Shown here: positions 39,471 through 52,939 of the stretch, in pieces
How positions within the stretch are numbered: position 1 is the stretch's first letter
How the letters are laid out: every line of letters starts with the position of its first letter
Source: Eledone cirrhosa
Taxonomy: Eukaryota
Assembly: GCA_964016885.1 (NCBI GenBank)
Contig: OZ024741.1
Span: 7,874,001 to 7,938,000, forward strand
DNA length: 64,000 nucleotides
Direction of reading: 5' to 3'
Translations under genes and position numbers: made by a program
The notes under the pieces: generated by a model
Database searches by the model: none
What the model saw: only the letters and a program-made list of their open reading frames with translations
Told to the model about the DNA's origin: nothing

Positions 39471-42400
39471 CTAGACAGTTCTAAAGTTCAAGTGTTTCTC
39501 TTGACAGTGGTAAAGTTCCAGTGTTACCCTAGACAGTGGTAAAGTTCCAGTGTTACCCTAGACAGTTCTAAAGTTCCAGTGTTACCCTAGACAGATGTAA
39601 AGTTCCAGTGTTACCATATACAGTGTTAAAGTTCCAGTGTTACTCTAGACAGTGGTAAAGTTCCAGTGTTACGCCAGACAGTGGCAAAGTTCCAGTGTTA
39701 CCCAAGACTGTTCTAAAGTATCAGTGTTACCCTAGACAGTTCTAATGTTCCAGTGTTACCCTAGAGAGTGGTAAAGTTCCAGTGTTACCCTAGACAGTTC
39801 TAAAGTTCCAGTGTTGCCATATACAGTGGCAAAGTTCCAGTGTTACCCTAGACTGTTCTAAAGTTCCAGTGTTACCCTAGAGAGTTGTAAAGTTCCAGTG
39901 TTACCCTAGACAGTTTTAAATTTCCAGTGTAAACCCTAGACAGGACTAAAGTTCCAGTATTACCCTAGACAGTCGTAAAGTTCCAGTGTTACCCTAGACT
40001 GTGGTAAAGTTCCAGTGTTACCCTAGACAGTGGTAAAGTTCCAGTATTACCCTAGACAGTTGTCAAGTTCCAGTGTTGCCCGAGACAGTGGTAAAGTTCC
40101 AGTGTTACCCTAGACCGTTCTATAGTTCCAGTGTTACCCTAGAGAGTTGTAAAGTTGCAGTGTTAACCTAGACAGTTGTAAAGTTCCAGTGTTACCCTAG
40201 ACAGTCGTAAAGTTCCAGTGTTACCCTAGACAGTTCTAAAGTTCCAGCGTTACCACCATATACAGTGGTAAAGTTCCAGTTTTACCCTAGACAGTGGTAA
40301 TGTTCCAGTGTTACCCTAGACAGTGGTAAAGTTCCAGTGTTACGCTAGACAGTGGTAAAGTTCCAGTGTTACCCTAGACAGTTCTAAAGTTCCAGTGTTA
40401 CCCTAGACAGTTGTAAAGTTCCAGTGTTACCCTAGACAGTGGTAAAGTTCCAGTGTTACCCTAGACAGTTCTAAAGTTCCAGTGTTACCCTAGACAGTTC
40501 TAAAGTTCCAGTGTTACGCTAGATAATTGTAAAGTTCCAGTGTTACCCTAGACAGTTGTAAAGTTCCAGTGTTACCCTAGACAGTTGTAAAGTTCCAGTG
40601 TTACCCTAGACAGATTTAAAGTTCCAGTATTACCATAGACTGTGGTAAAGTTCCAGTGTTACGCTAGACAGTGGTAAAGTTCCACTGTTACGATAGACAG
40701 TCGTAAAATTCCAGTGTTACCCGAGACTGTGGTAAAGTTCCAGTGTTACGCCAGACAGTGGCAAAGTTGCAGTGTTACCCTCGACAGTTCTAAAGTTCCA
40801 GTGTTACCCTAGACAGTGGTAAAGTTCCAGTGTTACCCTAGACAGTGGTAAAGTTCCAGTGTTACCCTAGACAGTTCTAAAGTTTCAGTGTTGCCATATA
40901 CAGTGGCAAAGTTCCAGTGTTACCCTAGACTGTTCTAAAGTTCCAGTGTTACCCTAGAGAGTTGTAAAGTTCCAGTGTTACCCTAGACAGTTTTAAATTT
41001 CCAGTGTAAACCCTAGACAGGTCTAAAGTTCCAGTATTACCCTAGACAGTCGTAAAGTTCCAGTGTTACCCTAGACAGTGGTAAAGTTCCAGTGTTACCC
41101 TAGACAGTGGTAAAGTTCCAGTATTACCCTAGACAGTTGTAAAGTTCCAGTGTTGCCCGAGACAGAGGTAAAGTTCCAGTGTTACCCTAGACCGTTCTAT
41201 AGTTCCAGTGTTACCCTAGAGAGTCGTAAAGTTCCAGTGTTAACCTAGACAGTTGTAAAGTTCCAGTGTTACCCTAGACAGTCGTAAAGTTTCAGTGTTA
41301 CCCTAGACAGTTCTAAAGTTCCAGTGTTACCACCATATACAGTGGTAAAGTTCCAGTGTTACCCTAGACAGTGGTAAAGTTCCAGTGTTACCCTAGACAG
41401 TGGTAAAGTTCCAGTGTTACGCTATTCAGTGGTAAAGTTCCAGTGTTACCCTAGACCGTTCTAAAGTTCCAGTGTTATCCTAGACAATTGTAACCTTCTA
41501 GTGTTACCCTAGACAGTTCTAAATTTCCAGTGTTACCCTAGTTAATTGTAAAGTTCCAGTGTGACCCTAGACAGTTCTAAAGTTCCAGTGTTACCCTAGA
41601 CAGTTCTAAAGTTCAAGTGTTTCTCTTGACAGTGGTAAAGTTCCAGTGTTACCCTAGACAGTGGTAAAGTTCCAGTGTTACCCTAGACAGTTCTAAAGTT
41701 CCAGTGTTACCCTAGACAGATGTAAAGTTCCAGTGTTACCATATACAGTGTTAAAGTTCCAGTGTTACTCTAGACAGTGGTAAAGTTCCAGTGTTACGCC
41801 AGATAGTGGCAAAGTTCCAGTGTTACCCTAGACTGTTCTAATGTATCAGTGTTACCCTAGACAGTTCTAATGTTCCAGTGTTACCCTAGAGAGTGGTAAA
41901 GTTCCAGTGTTACCCTAGACAGTGGTAAAGTTCCAGTGTTACCCTAGACAGTTCTAAAGTTCCAGTGTTGCCATATACAGTGGCAAAGTTCCAGTGTTAC
42001 CCTAGACTGTTCTAAAGTTCCAGTGTTACCCTAGAGAGTTGTAAAGTTCCAGTGTTACCCTAGACAGTTTTAAATTTCCAGTGTAAACCCTAGACAGGAC
42101 TAAAGTTCCAGTATTACCCTAGACAGTCGTAAAGTTCCAGTGTTACCCTAGACTGTGGTAAAGTTCCAGTGTTACCCTAGACAGTGGTAAAGTTCCAGTA
42201 TTACCCTAGACAGTTGTAAAGTTCCAGTGTTGCCCGAGACAGTGGTAAAGTTCCAGTATTACCCTAGACAGTTGTAAAGTTCCAGTGTTGCCCGAGACAG
42301 TGGTAAAGTTCCAGTGTTACCCTAGACCGTTCTATAGTTCCAGTGTTACCCTAAAGAGTTGTAAAGTTGCAGTGTTAACCTAGACAGTTGTAAAGTTCCA

Positions 42401-42790
42401 GTGTTACCCTAGACAGTCGTAAAGTTCCAGTGTTACCCTAGACAGTTCTAAAGTTCCAGCGTTACCACCATATACAGTGGTAAAGTTCCAGTTTTACCCT
42501 AGACAGTGGTAATGTTCCAGTGTTACCCTAGACAGTGGTAAAGTTCCAGTGTTACGCTAGACAGTGGTAAAGTTCCAGTGTTACCCTAGACAGTTCTAAA
42601 GTTCCAGTGTTACCCTAGACAGTTGTAAAGTTCCAGTGTTACCCTAGACAGTGGTAAAGTTCCAGTGTTACCCTAGACAGTTCTAAAGTTCCAGTGTTAC
42701 CCTAGACAGTTCTAAAGTTCCAGTGTTACGCTAGATAATTGTAAAGTTCCAGTGTTACCCTAGACAGTTGTAAAGTTCCAGTGTTACCCT
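37150..42790 (+). repeat. Higher-order repeat of about 2.04-2.19 kb (70-75 monomers), about 2.7 tandem copies here plus a copy at about 30.2-32.7 kb
   Basis: CTAGTTAATTG at 30461, 32647, 37375, 39413 and 41538. Spacings 2186, 2038 and 2125 equal 75, 70 and 73 monomers plus the visible CCA and single-base insertions. Confidence 0.85.
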
Positions 42791-45700
42791 AGACAGGTCT
42801 AAAGTTCCAGTGTTACCCTAGAGAGTCGTAAAGTTCCAGTGTTAACCTAGACAGTGGTAAAGTTCCAGTGTTACCCTAGACAGTTGTAAAGTTCCAGTGT
42901 TGCACTAGACAGTGTTAAAGCTCCAGTGTTACCCTACACTAGACAGTTGTAAAGCTCCAGTGTTACCCTAGACTAGACAATAGTAAAGTTCCAGTCTTAG
43001 CCTAAACAATGGTAAGTTTCAGTGTTACCCTAGACAGTGGTAAAGTTCCAGTATTACCCTAGACACTGGCAAAGTTCCAGTGTTACCCTAGACAGTTCTA
43101 AAGTTCCATTGTTACCCTAGACAATGGTAAAGTTCCAGTGTTACCTTAAACAGTGGTAAAGTTCCAGTGTTACCCTAGACAATTGTAAAGTACCACTGTT
43201 ACCCTAGACAGTTGTGAAGTTCCAGTGTTATCCTAGACAATTGTAAAGTACCACTGTTACCCTAGATAATTGTAAAGTACCACTGTTACCCTAGACAGTG
43301 GTAAACTTCCAGTGTTACCCTAGACAGTTGTAAAGTTCCAGTGTTACCCTAGACAGTCGTAAAGTACCAGTGTTACCCTAGACAGTTCTAAAGTTCAAGC
43401 GATACTCTTGACAATGGTAAGGTTCCAGTGTTACCCTAGACAGTGGTAAAGTTCCAGTGTTACCCTAGACAGTTCTAAAGTTCCAGTGTTACCCTAGACA
43501 GTGGTAAATTTCCAGTGTTACCCTAGACAGTGGTAAAATTCCAGTGTTACCCTAGACAGTGGTAAATTTCCAGTGTTACGCTAGACAGTGGTAAAGTTCC
43601 AGTGTTACCCTAGACAGTTCTAAAGTTCCAGTGTTACCCTAGACAGTTGTAAAGTTCCAGTGTTACCCTAGACAGTGGTAAAGTTCCAGTGTTACCCTAG
43701 ACAGTTCTAAAGTTCCAGTGTTACCCTAGACAGTTCTAAAGTTCCAGTGTTACGCTAGATAATTGTAAAGTTCCAGTGTTACCCTAGACAGTTGTAAAGT
43801 TCCAGTGTTACCCTAGACAGTTGTAAAGTTCCAGTGTTACCCTAGACAGATTTAAAGTTCCAGTATTACCATAGACTGGGGTAAAGTTCCAGTGTTACGC
43901 TAGACAGTGGTAAAGTTCCACTGTTACGATAGACAGTCGTAAAATTCCAGTGTTATCCGAGACTGTTGTAAAGTTCCAGTGTTACGCCAGACAGTGGCAA
44001 AGTTGCAGTGTTACCCTAGACAGTTCTAAAGTTCCAGTGTTACCCTAGACAGTGGTAAAGTTCCAGTGTTACCCTAGACAGTGGCAAAGTTCCAGTGTTA
44101 CCCTAGACTGTTCTAAAGTTCCAGTGTTACACTAGAGAGTTGTAAAGTTCCAGTGTTACCCTAGACAGTTTTAAATTTCCAGTGTAAACCCTAGACAGGT
44201 CTAAAGTTCCAGTATTACCCTAGACAGTCGTAAAGTTCCAGTGTTACCCTAGACAGTGGTAAAGTTCCAGTGTTACCCTAGACAGTGGTAAAGTTCCAGT
44301 ATTACCCTAGACAGTTGTAAAGTTCCAGTGTTGCCCGAGACAGAGGTAAAGTTCCAGTGTTACCCTAGACCGTTCTATAGTTCCAGTGTTACCCTAGAGA
44401 GTCGTAAAGTTCCAGTGTTAACCTAGACAGTTGTAAAGTTCCAGTGTTACCCTAGACAGTCGTAAAGTTTCAGTGTTACCCTAGACAGTTCTAAAGTTCC
44501 AGTGTTACCACCATATACAGTGGTAAAGTTCCAGTGTTACCCTAGACAGTGGTAAAGTTCCAGTGTTACCCTAGACAGTGGTAAAATTCCAGTGTTACGC
44601 TAGACAGTTCTAAAGTTCCAGTGTTACCCTCGACAGTTGTAAAGTTCCAGTGTTACCCTAGACAGTGGTAAAGTTCCAGTGCTACCCTAGTCAGTGGTAA
44701 AGTTCCAATGTTACCCTAGTAATTTCTAAAGTTCCAGTGTTACCCTAGACAGTCGTAAAGTTCCAGTGTTACCCTAGACAGTGGTAAAGTTCCAGTGTTA
44801 CCCTAAACAGTGGTAAAGTTCCAGTATTACCCTAGACAGTTGTAAAGTTCCAGTGTTACCCTAGACAGTGGTAAAGTTCCAGTGCTACCCTAGTCAGTGG
44901 TAAAGTTCCAATGTTACCCTAGACAGTTGTAAAGTTCCAGTGTTACCCTAGACAGTTGTAAAGTTCCAGTGTTACCCTAGACAGTGGTAAAGTTCCAGTG
45001 TTACCCTAGACAGCTCTAAAGTTCCAGTGTTACCCTAGACAGTTCTAAAGTTCCAGTGTTACCCTAGACAATTGTAAAGTTCCAGTGTTACCCTAGACAG
45101 TTCTAAAGCTCCAGTGTTACCCTAGACAATTCTAAAGTTCAATTGTTACTCTTGACAGTGGTAAAGTTCCAGTGTTACCCTAGACAGTGGTAAAGTTCCA
45201 GTGTTTGCCTAGACAGTTCTAAAGTTCCAGTGTTACTCTAGACAGTGGTAAATTTCCAGTGTTAACCTAGACGGTGGTAAAGTTCCAGTGTTACACTTGA
45301 CAGTGGTAAATTCCAGTGTTACCCTAGACAGTGGTAAAGATCCAGTGTTAACCTAGACAGTGGTAAAGTTCCAGTGTTACCCTAGACAGTTCTCAAGTTC
45401 CAGTGTTATCCTAGACAATTGTAACTTTCTAGTGTTACCCTAGACAGTTCTAATGTTCCAGTGTTACCCTAGACAGTTCTAAAGTTCAAGTGTTACTCTT
45501 GACGGTGGTAAAGTTCCAGTGTTACCCTAGACAGTCGTAAAGTTCCAGTGTTACCCTAGACAGTTCTAAAGTTTCAGTGTTACCCTAGACCGTTCTAAAG
45601 TTCCAGTGTTACCCTAGACAGTGGTAAAATTCCAGTGTTACCCTAGACAGTTCTAAAGTTCCAGTGTTACCCTAGACAGTGGTAAAGTTCCAGTGTTACC

Positions 45701-48700
45701 CTAAACAGTGGTAAATTTCCAGTGTCACCCTAGACAGTGGTAAATTTCCAGTGTTACCCTAGACAGTTCTAAAGTTCCAGTGTTACCCTAGACCGTTCTA
45801 AAGTTCCAGTGTTACCCTAGACAGTGGTAAAATTCCAGTGTTACCCTAGACAGTTCTAAAGTTCCAGTGTTACCCTAGACAGTTCTAAAGTTCCAGTGTT
45901 ACCCTAGACAGTGGTAAAGGTCCAGTGTTACCCTAGACAGTGGTAAAGGTCCAGTGTTACCCTAGACAGTGGTAAATTTCTAGTGTTACCCTAGACAGTG
46001 TTAAAATTCCAGTGTTACCCTAAACAGTGCTAAATATCCAATGTCACCCTAGACAGTGGTAAAATTTCCAGTGTTACCCTAGACAGTGGTAAATTCCAGT
46101 GTTAACCTAGACAGTTCTAAAGTACCAGTGTTAACCAAGAAAGTTGTAAAGTTCCAGTGTTACCCTAGACAGTTCTAAAGTACCAGTGTTAACCTAGAAA
46201 GTTGTAAAGTTCCAGTGTTACCCTAGACAGTTCTAAAGTTCCAGTGTTACCCTAGACAGTTCTAAAGTTCCAGTTTTACCCTAGGTAGTGGTAAAGTTGC
46301 AGTGTTAACCTAGACAGTTGGAAAGTTCCAGTGTTACCCTAGACAGTTCTAAAGTTCCAGTGTTACCCTAGACAGTGGTAAAGTTCCAGTGTTACCCTAG
46401 ACAGTGGTAAAGTTCCAGTGTTACCCTAGACAGTTCTAAAGTTCCAGTGTTACCCTAGAGAGTTGTAAAGTTCCAGTGTTACGCTAGAAATTGGTAAAGT
46501 TCCAGTGTTACCCTAGATAGTTCTAAAGTTCCAGTGTTACCCTAGATAGAGGTAAAGTTCCAGTGTTACCCTAGACAGTGGTAAAGTTCCAGTGTTAAAC
46601 TAGACAGTTCTAAAGTTCCAGTGTTACCCTAGAGAGTTGTACAGTTCCAGTCTTACCCTAGATAATTGTAAAGTTCCAGTGTTACCCTAGACAATCGTAA
46701 AGTTCCAGTTTTAACCTAGAGAGTTGTAAAATTCCAGTGTTACCCTAGACAGTGGTAAAGTTCCAGTGTTACCCTAGACAGTTGTAAAGTTCCAGTGTTG
46801 CACTAGACAGTGTTAAAGCTCCAGTGTTACCCTACACTAGACAGTTGTAAAGCTCCAGTGTTACCCTAGACTAGACAATAGTAAAGTTCCAGTCTTAGCC
46901 TAAACAATGGTAAGTTTCAGTGTTACCCTAGACAGTGGTAAAGTTCCAGTATTACCCTAGACACTGGCAAAGTTCCAGTGTTACCCTAGACAGTTCTAAA
47001 GATCCATTGTTACCCTAGACAATGGTAAAGTTCCAGTGTTACCTTAAACAGTGGTAAAGTTCCAGTGTTACCCTAGACAATTGTAAAGTACCACTGTTAC
47101 CCTAGACAGTTGTGAAGTTCCAGTGTTATCCTAGACAATTGTAAAGTACCACTGTTACCCTAGATAATTGTAAAGTACCACTGTTACCCTAGACAGTGGT
47201 AAACTTCCAGTGTTACCCTAGACAGTTGTAAAGTTCCAGTGTTACCCTAGACAGTCGTAAAGTACCAGTGTTACCCTAGACAGTTCTAAAGTTCAAGCGT
47301 TACTCTTGACAATGGTAAGGTTCCAGTTTTACCCTAGGTAGTGGTAAAGTTGCAGTGTTAACCTAGACAGTTGTAAAGTTCCAGTGTTACCCTAGACAGT
47401 TCTAAAGTTCCAGTGTTACCCTAGACAGCGGTAAAGTTCCAGTGTTACCCTAGACAGTGTTAAAGTTCCAGTGTTATCCTAGACAGTGGTAAAGTTCCAG
47501 TGTTACCCTAGACAGTCGTAAAGTTCCAGTGTTAACCTAGATAGTTGTAAAATTCCAGTGTTACCCTTGACAGTCGTAAAGTTCCAGTGTTACCCTAGAC
47601 AGTTCTAAAGTTCCAGTTTTACCATATACAGTGGTAAAGTTCCAGTGTTACACTAGACAGTGGTAAAGTTCCAGTGTTACCCTAGACAGTGGTAAAGTTC
47701 CATTGTTACGCTAGACAGTGGTAACGATCCAGTGTTACCCTAGACAGTTCTAAAGTTCCAGTGTTACCCTAGACAATTGTAAAGTTCCAGCGTTACCCTA
47801 GTCAGTTGTAAAGTTCCAGTGTTACCCTAGACAGTTCTAATGTTCCAGTGTTACCCTAGACAGTTCTAAAGTTCAAGCGTTACTCTTGACAGTTCTAAAG
47901 TTCCAGTGTTACCCTAGACAGTGGTAAATTTCCAGTGTTACCCTAGACAGTGGTAAAATTCCAGTGTTACCCTAGACAGTGGTAAATTTCCAGTATCACC
48001 CTAGACAGTGGTAAATTTCCAGTGTTACCCAAGACAGTGGTAAAATTCCAGTGTTACCCTAGACAGTGGTAAATTTCCAGTGTCACCCTAGACAGTGGTA
48101 AAATTCCAGTGTTACCCTAGACAGTGTTAAATTTCCAGTGTCACCCTAGACAGTTCTAAAGTACCAGTGTTACCCTAGACAGTTCTAATGTTCCAGTGTT
48201 ACCCTAGACAGTTCTAAAGTACCAGTGTTAACCTAGAAAGTTGTAAAGTTCCAGTGTTACCCTAGACAGTTCTAAAGTTCGAGTGTTACCCTAGACAGTT
48301 CTAAAGTTCCAGTTTTACCCTAGGTAGTGGTAAAGTTGCCGTGTTACCCTAGACAGTGGTAAAGTTCCAGTGTTACCCTAGACAGTGTTAAAGTTCCAGT
48401 GTTACCCTAGACAGTGGTAATGTTCCAGTGTTACCCTAGACAGTCGTAAAGTTCCAGTGTTAACCTAGACAGTTGTAAATGTCCAGTGTTACCCTAGACA
48501 GTCGTAAAGTTCCAGTGGTACCCTAGACAGTTCTAAAGTTCCAGTGTTACCATATACAGTGGTAAAGTTCCAGTGTTACCCTAGACAGTGGTAAAGTTCC
48601 AGTGTTAACCTAGACAGTTCTAAAGTTCCAGTGTTACCCTAGACAGTGATAGAGTTCCAGTGTTACCCCAGCACGTTCTAAAGTTCCAGTGTTAACCTAG

Positions 48701-50109
48701 ACGGTGGTAAAGATCCAGTGTTAACCTAGACAGTTGTAAAGTTCTAGTGTTACCCTAGACAGTTCTAAATTTCCAGTGTTACCCTAGACAGTGGCAAAGT
48801 TCCAGTGTTACCCTAGACAGTGTTAAAATTCCAGTGTTACCCTAGACAGTGCTAAATATCCAGTGTCACCCTAGACAGTGTTAAAATTTCCAGTGTTACC
48901 CTAGACAGTGGTAAATTCCAGTGTTAACCTAGACAGTTCTAAAGTACCAGTGTTAACCAAGAAAGTTGTAAAGTTCCAGTGTTACCCTAGACAGTTCTAA
49001 AGTACCAGGGTTAACCTAGAAAGTTGTAAAGTTCCAGTGTTACCCTAGACAGTTCTAAAGTTCCAGTGTTACCCTAGACAGTTCTAAAGTTCCAGTTTTA
49101 CCCTAGGTAGTGGTAAAGTTGCAGTGTTAACCTAGACAGTTGGAAAGTTCCAGTGTTACCCTAGACAGTTCTAAAGTTCCAGTGTTACCCTAGACAATCG
49201 TAAAGTTCCAGTTTTAACCTAGAGAGTTGTAAAATTCCAGTGTTACCCTAGACAGTGGTAAAGTTCCAGTGTTACCCTAGACAGTTGTAAAGTTCTTGTG
49301 TTGCACTAGACAGTGTTAAAGCTCCAGTGTTACCCTACACTAGACAGTTGTAAAGCTCCAGTGTTACCCTAGACTAGACAATTGTAAAGTTCCAGTCTTA
49401 GCCTAAACAATGGTAAGTTTCAGTGTTACCCTAGACAGTGGTAAAGTTCCAGTATTACCCTAGACACTGGCAAAGTTCCAGTGTTACCCTAGACAGTTCT
49501 AAAGTTCCATTGTTACCCTAGACAATGGTAAAGTTCCAGTGTTACCTTAAACAGTGGTAAAGTTCCAGTGTTACCCTAGACAATTGTAAAGTACCACTGT
49601 TACCCTAGACAGTTGTGAAGTTCCAGTGTTATCCTAGACAATTGTAAAGTACCACTGTTACCCTAGATAATTGTAAAGTACCACTGTTACCCTAGACAGT
49701 GGTAAACTTCCAGTGTTACCCTAGACAGTTTTAAAGTTTCAGTGTTACCCTGGACAATGGTAAAGTTCCAGTGTTACCCTAGACAGTCGTAAAGTACCAG
49801 TGTTACCCTAGACAGTTCTAAAGTTCAAGCGTTACTCTTGACAATGGTAAGGTTCCAGTGTTACCCTAGACAGTGGTAAAGTTCCAGTGTTACCCTAGAC
49901 AGTTCTAAAGTTCCAGTGTTACCCTAGACAGTGTTAAATTTCCAGTGTTACCCTAGACAGTGGTAAAATTCCAGTGTTACCCTAGACAGTTCTAAAGTTC
50001 CAGTTTTACCCTAGGTAGTGGTAAAGTTGCAGTGTTAACCTAGAAATTTGTAAAGTTCCAGTGTTACCCTACATAGTTCTAAAGTACCAGTGTTACCCTA
50101 GACAGTTCT

Positions 50110-51620
50110 AAAGTTCCAGTTTTACCCTAGGTAGTGGTAAAGTTGCAGTGTTAACCTAGACAGTTGTAAAGTTCCAGTGTTACCCTAGACAGTTCTAAAG
50201 TTCCAGTGTTACCCTAGACAGCGGTAAAGTTCCAGTGTTACCCTAGACAGTGTTAAAGTTCCAGTGTTATCCTAGACAGTGGTAAAGTTCCAGTGTTACC
50301 CTAGACAGTCGTAAAGTTCCAGTGTTAACCTAGATAGTTGTAAAATTCCAGTGTTACCCTTGACAGTCGTAAAGTTCCAGTGTTACCCTAGACAGTTCTA
50401 AAGTTCCAGTGTTACCATATACAGTGGTAAAGTTCCAGTGTTACACTAGACAGTGGTAAAGTTCCAGTGTTACCCTAGATAGTGGTAAAATTCCATTGTT
50501 ACGCTAGACAGTGGTAACGATCCAGTGTTACCCTAGACAGTTCTAATGTTCCAGTGTTACCCTAGACAGTTCTAAAGTTCCAGTGTTACCATATACAGTG
50601 GTAAAGTTCCAGTGTTACACTAGACAGTGGTAAAGTTCCAGTGTTACCCTAGACAATTGTAAAGTTCCAGCGTTACCCTAGTCAGTTGTAAAGTTCCAGT
50701 GTTACCCTAGACAGTTCTAATGTTCCAGTGTTACCCTAGACAGTTCTAAAGTTCAAGCGTTACTCTTGACAGTTCTAAAGTTCCAGTGTTACCCTAGACA
50801 GTGGTAAATTTCCAGTGTTACCCTAGACAGTGGTAAAATTCCAGTGTTACCCTAGACAGTGGTAAATTTCCAGTATCACCCTAGACAGTGGTAAATTTCC
50901 AGTGTTACCCAAGACAGTGGTAAAATTCCAGTGTTACCCTAGACAGTGGTAAATTTCCAGTGTCACCCTAGACAGTGGTAAAATTCCAGTGTTACCCTAG
51001 ACAGTGTTAAATTTCCAGTGTCACCCTAGACAGTTCTAAAGTACCAGTGTTACCCTAGACAGTTCTAATGTTCCAGTGTTACCCTAGACAGTTCTAAAGT
51101 ACCAGTGTTAACCTAGAAAGTTGTAAAGTTCCAGTGTTACCCTAGACAGTTCTAAAGTTCGAGTGTTACCCTAGACAGTTCTAAAGTTCCAGTTTTACCC
51201 TAGGTAGTGGTAAAGTTGCCGTGTTACCCTAGACAGTGGTAAAGTTCCAGTGTTACCCTAGACAGTGTTAAAGTTCCAGTGTTACCCTAGACAGTGGTAA
51301 TGTTCCAGTGTTACCCTAGACAGTCGTAAAGTTCCAGTGTTAACCTAGACAGTTGTAAAAGTCCAGTGTTACCCTAGACAGTCGTAAAGTTCCAGTGGTA
51401 CCCTAGACAGTTCTAAAGTTCCAGTGTTACCATATACAGTGGTAAAGTTCCAGTGTTACCCTAGACAGTGGTAAAGTTCCAGTGTTAACCTAGACAGTTC
51501 TAAAGTTCCAGTGTTACCCTAGACAGTGATAGAGTTCCAGTGTTACCCCAGACCGTTCTAAAGTTCCAGTGTTAACCTAGACGGTGGTTAAGATCCAGTG
51601 TTAACCTAGACAGTTGTAAA
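50110..51620 (+). repeat. Higher-order copy of about 47320-48740 (offset 2793, then 2880 bp)
   Basis: GCGGTAAAG at 47428/50221; TAGGTAGTGGTAAAGTTGCCGTG at 48321/51201. The offsets differ by exactly 3 monomers (87 bp). Confidence 0.83.
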
Positions 51621-52939
51621 GTTCCAGTGTTACCTTAGACAGTGGTAAAGTTCCAGTGTTACCCTAGACAATTGTAAAGTACCACTGTTACCCTAGACAG
51701 TTGTGAAGTTCCAGTGTTATCCTAGACAATTGTAAAGTACCACTGTTACCCTAGACAATTGTAAAGTACCACTGTTACCCTAGACAGTGGTAAACATCCA
51801 GTGTTACCCTAGACATTTGTAAAGTTCCAGTGTTACTCTAGACAGTTTTAAAGTTTCAGTGTTACCCTAGACAATGGTAAATTTCCAGTCTTACCCTAGA
51901 CGGTCGTAAACTACCAGTGTTACCCTAGACAGTTGTAAAGTTCCAGTGTTACTCTAGACAGTTTTAAAGTTTCAGTGTTACCCTAGACAATGGTAAATTT
52001 CCAGTCTTACCCTAGACAGTCGTAAACTACCAGTGTTACCCCAGACCGTTCTAAAGTTCCAGTGTTAACCTAGACGGTGGTAAAGATCCAGTGTTACCCT
52101 AGACAGTGGTAAAGTTCCAGTGTTACCCTAGACATTGGTAAAGTTCCAGTGTTACCCTAGATAGTGGTAAAGTTCCAGTGTTACCCTAGACAGTGGTAAT
52201 GTTCCAGTGTTACCCTAGACAGTCGTAAAGTTCCAGTGTTAACCTAGACAGTTGTAAAAGTCCAGTGTTACCCTAGACAGTCGTAAAGTTCCAGTGGTAC
52301 CCTAGACAGTTCTAAAGTTCCAGTGTTACCATATACAGTGGTAAAGTTCCAGTGTTACCCTAGACAGTGGTAAAGTTCCAGTGTTACCCTAGACAGTTCT
52401 AAAGTTTCAGTGTTACCCTAGACAGTGATAGAGTTCCAGTGTTACCCCAGACCGTTCTAAAGTTACAGTGTTAACCTAGACGATGGTAAAGATCTAGTGT
52501 TAACCTAGACAGTTGTAAAGTTCTAATTTTACCCTAGACAGTTCTCAAGTTCCAGTGTTATCCTAGACAATTGTAAATTTCTAGTGTTACCCTAGACCGT
52601 TCTAAATTTCCAGTGTTACCCTAGACAATTGTAAAGTTCCAGTGTTACCCTAGACAGTTCTAATGTTCCAGTGTTACCCTAGACAGTTCTAAAGTTCCAG
52701 CGTTACCCTAATCAGTTGTAAAGTTCCAGTGTTAACCTAGACAGTTCTAATGTTCCAGTGTTACCCTAGGCAATTGTAAAGTTCCAGCGTTACCCTAGTC
52801 AGTTGTAAAGTTCCAGTGATACCCTAGACAGTTCTAATGTTCCAGTGTTACCCTAGACAGTTCTAAAGTTCAAGCGTCACTCTTGACAATGGTAAAGTTC
52901 CAGTGTTACCCTAGACAATCGTAAAGTTCCAGTGTTACC

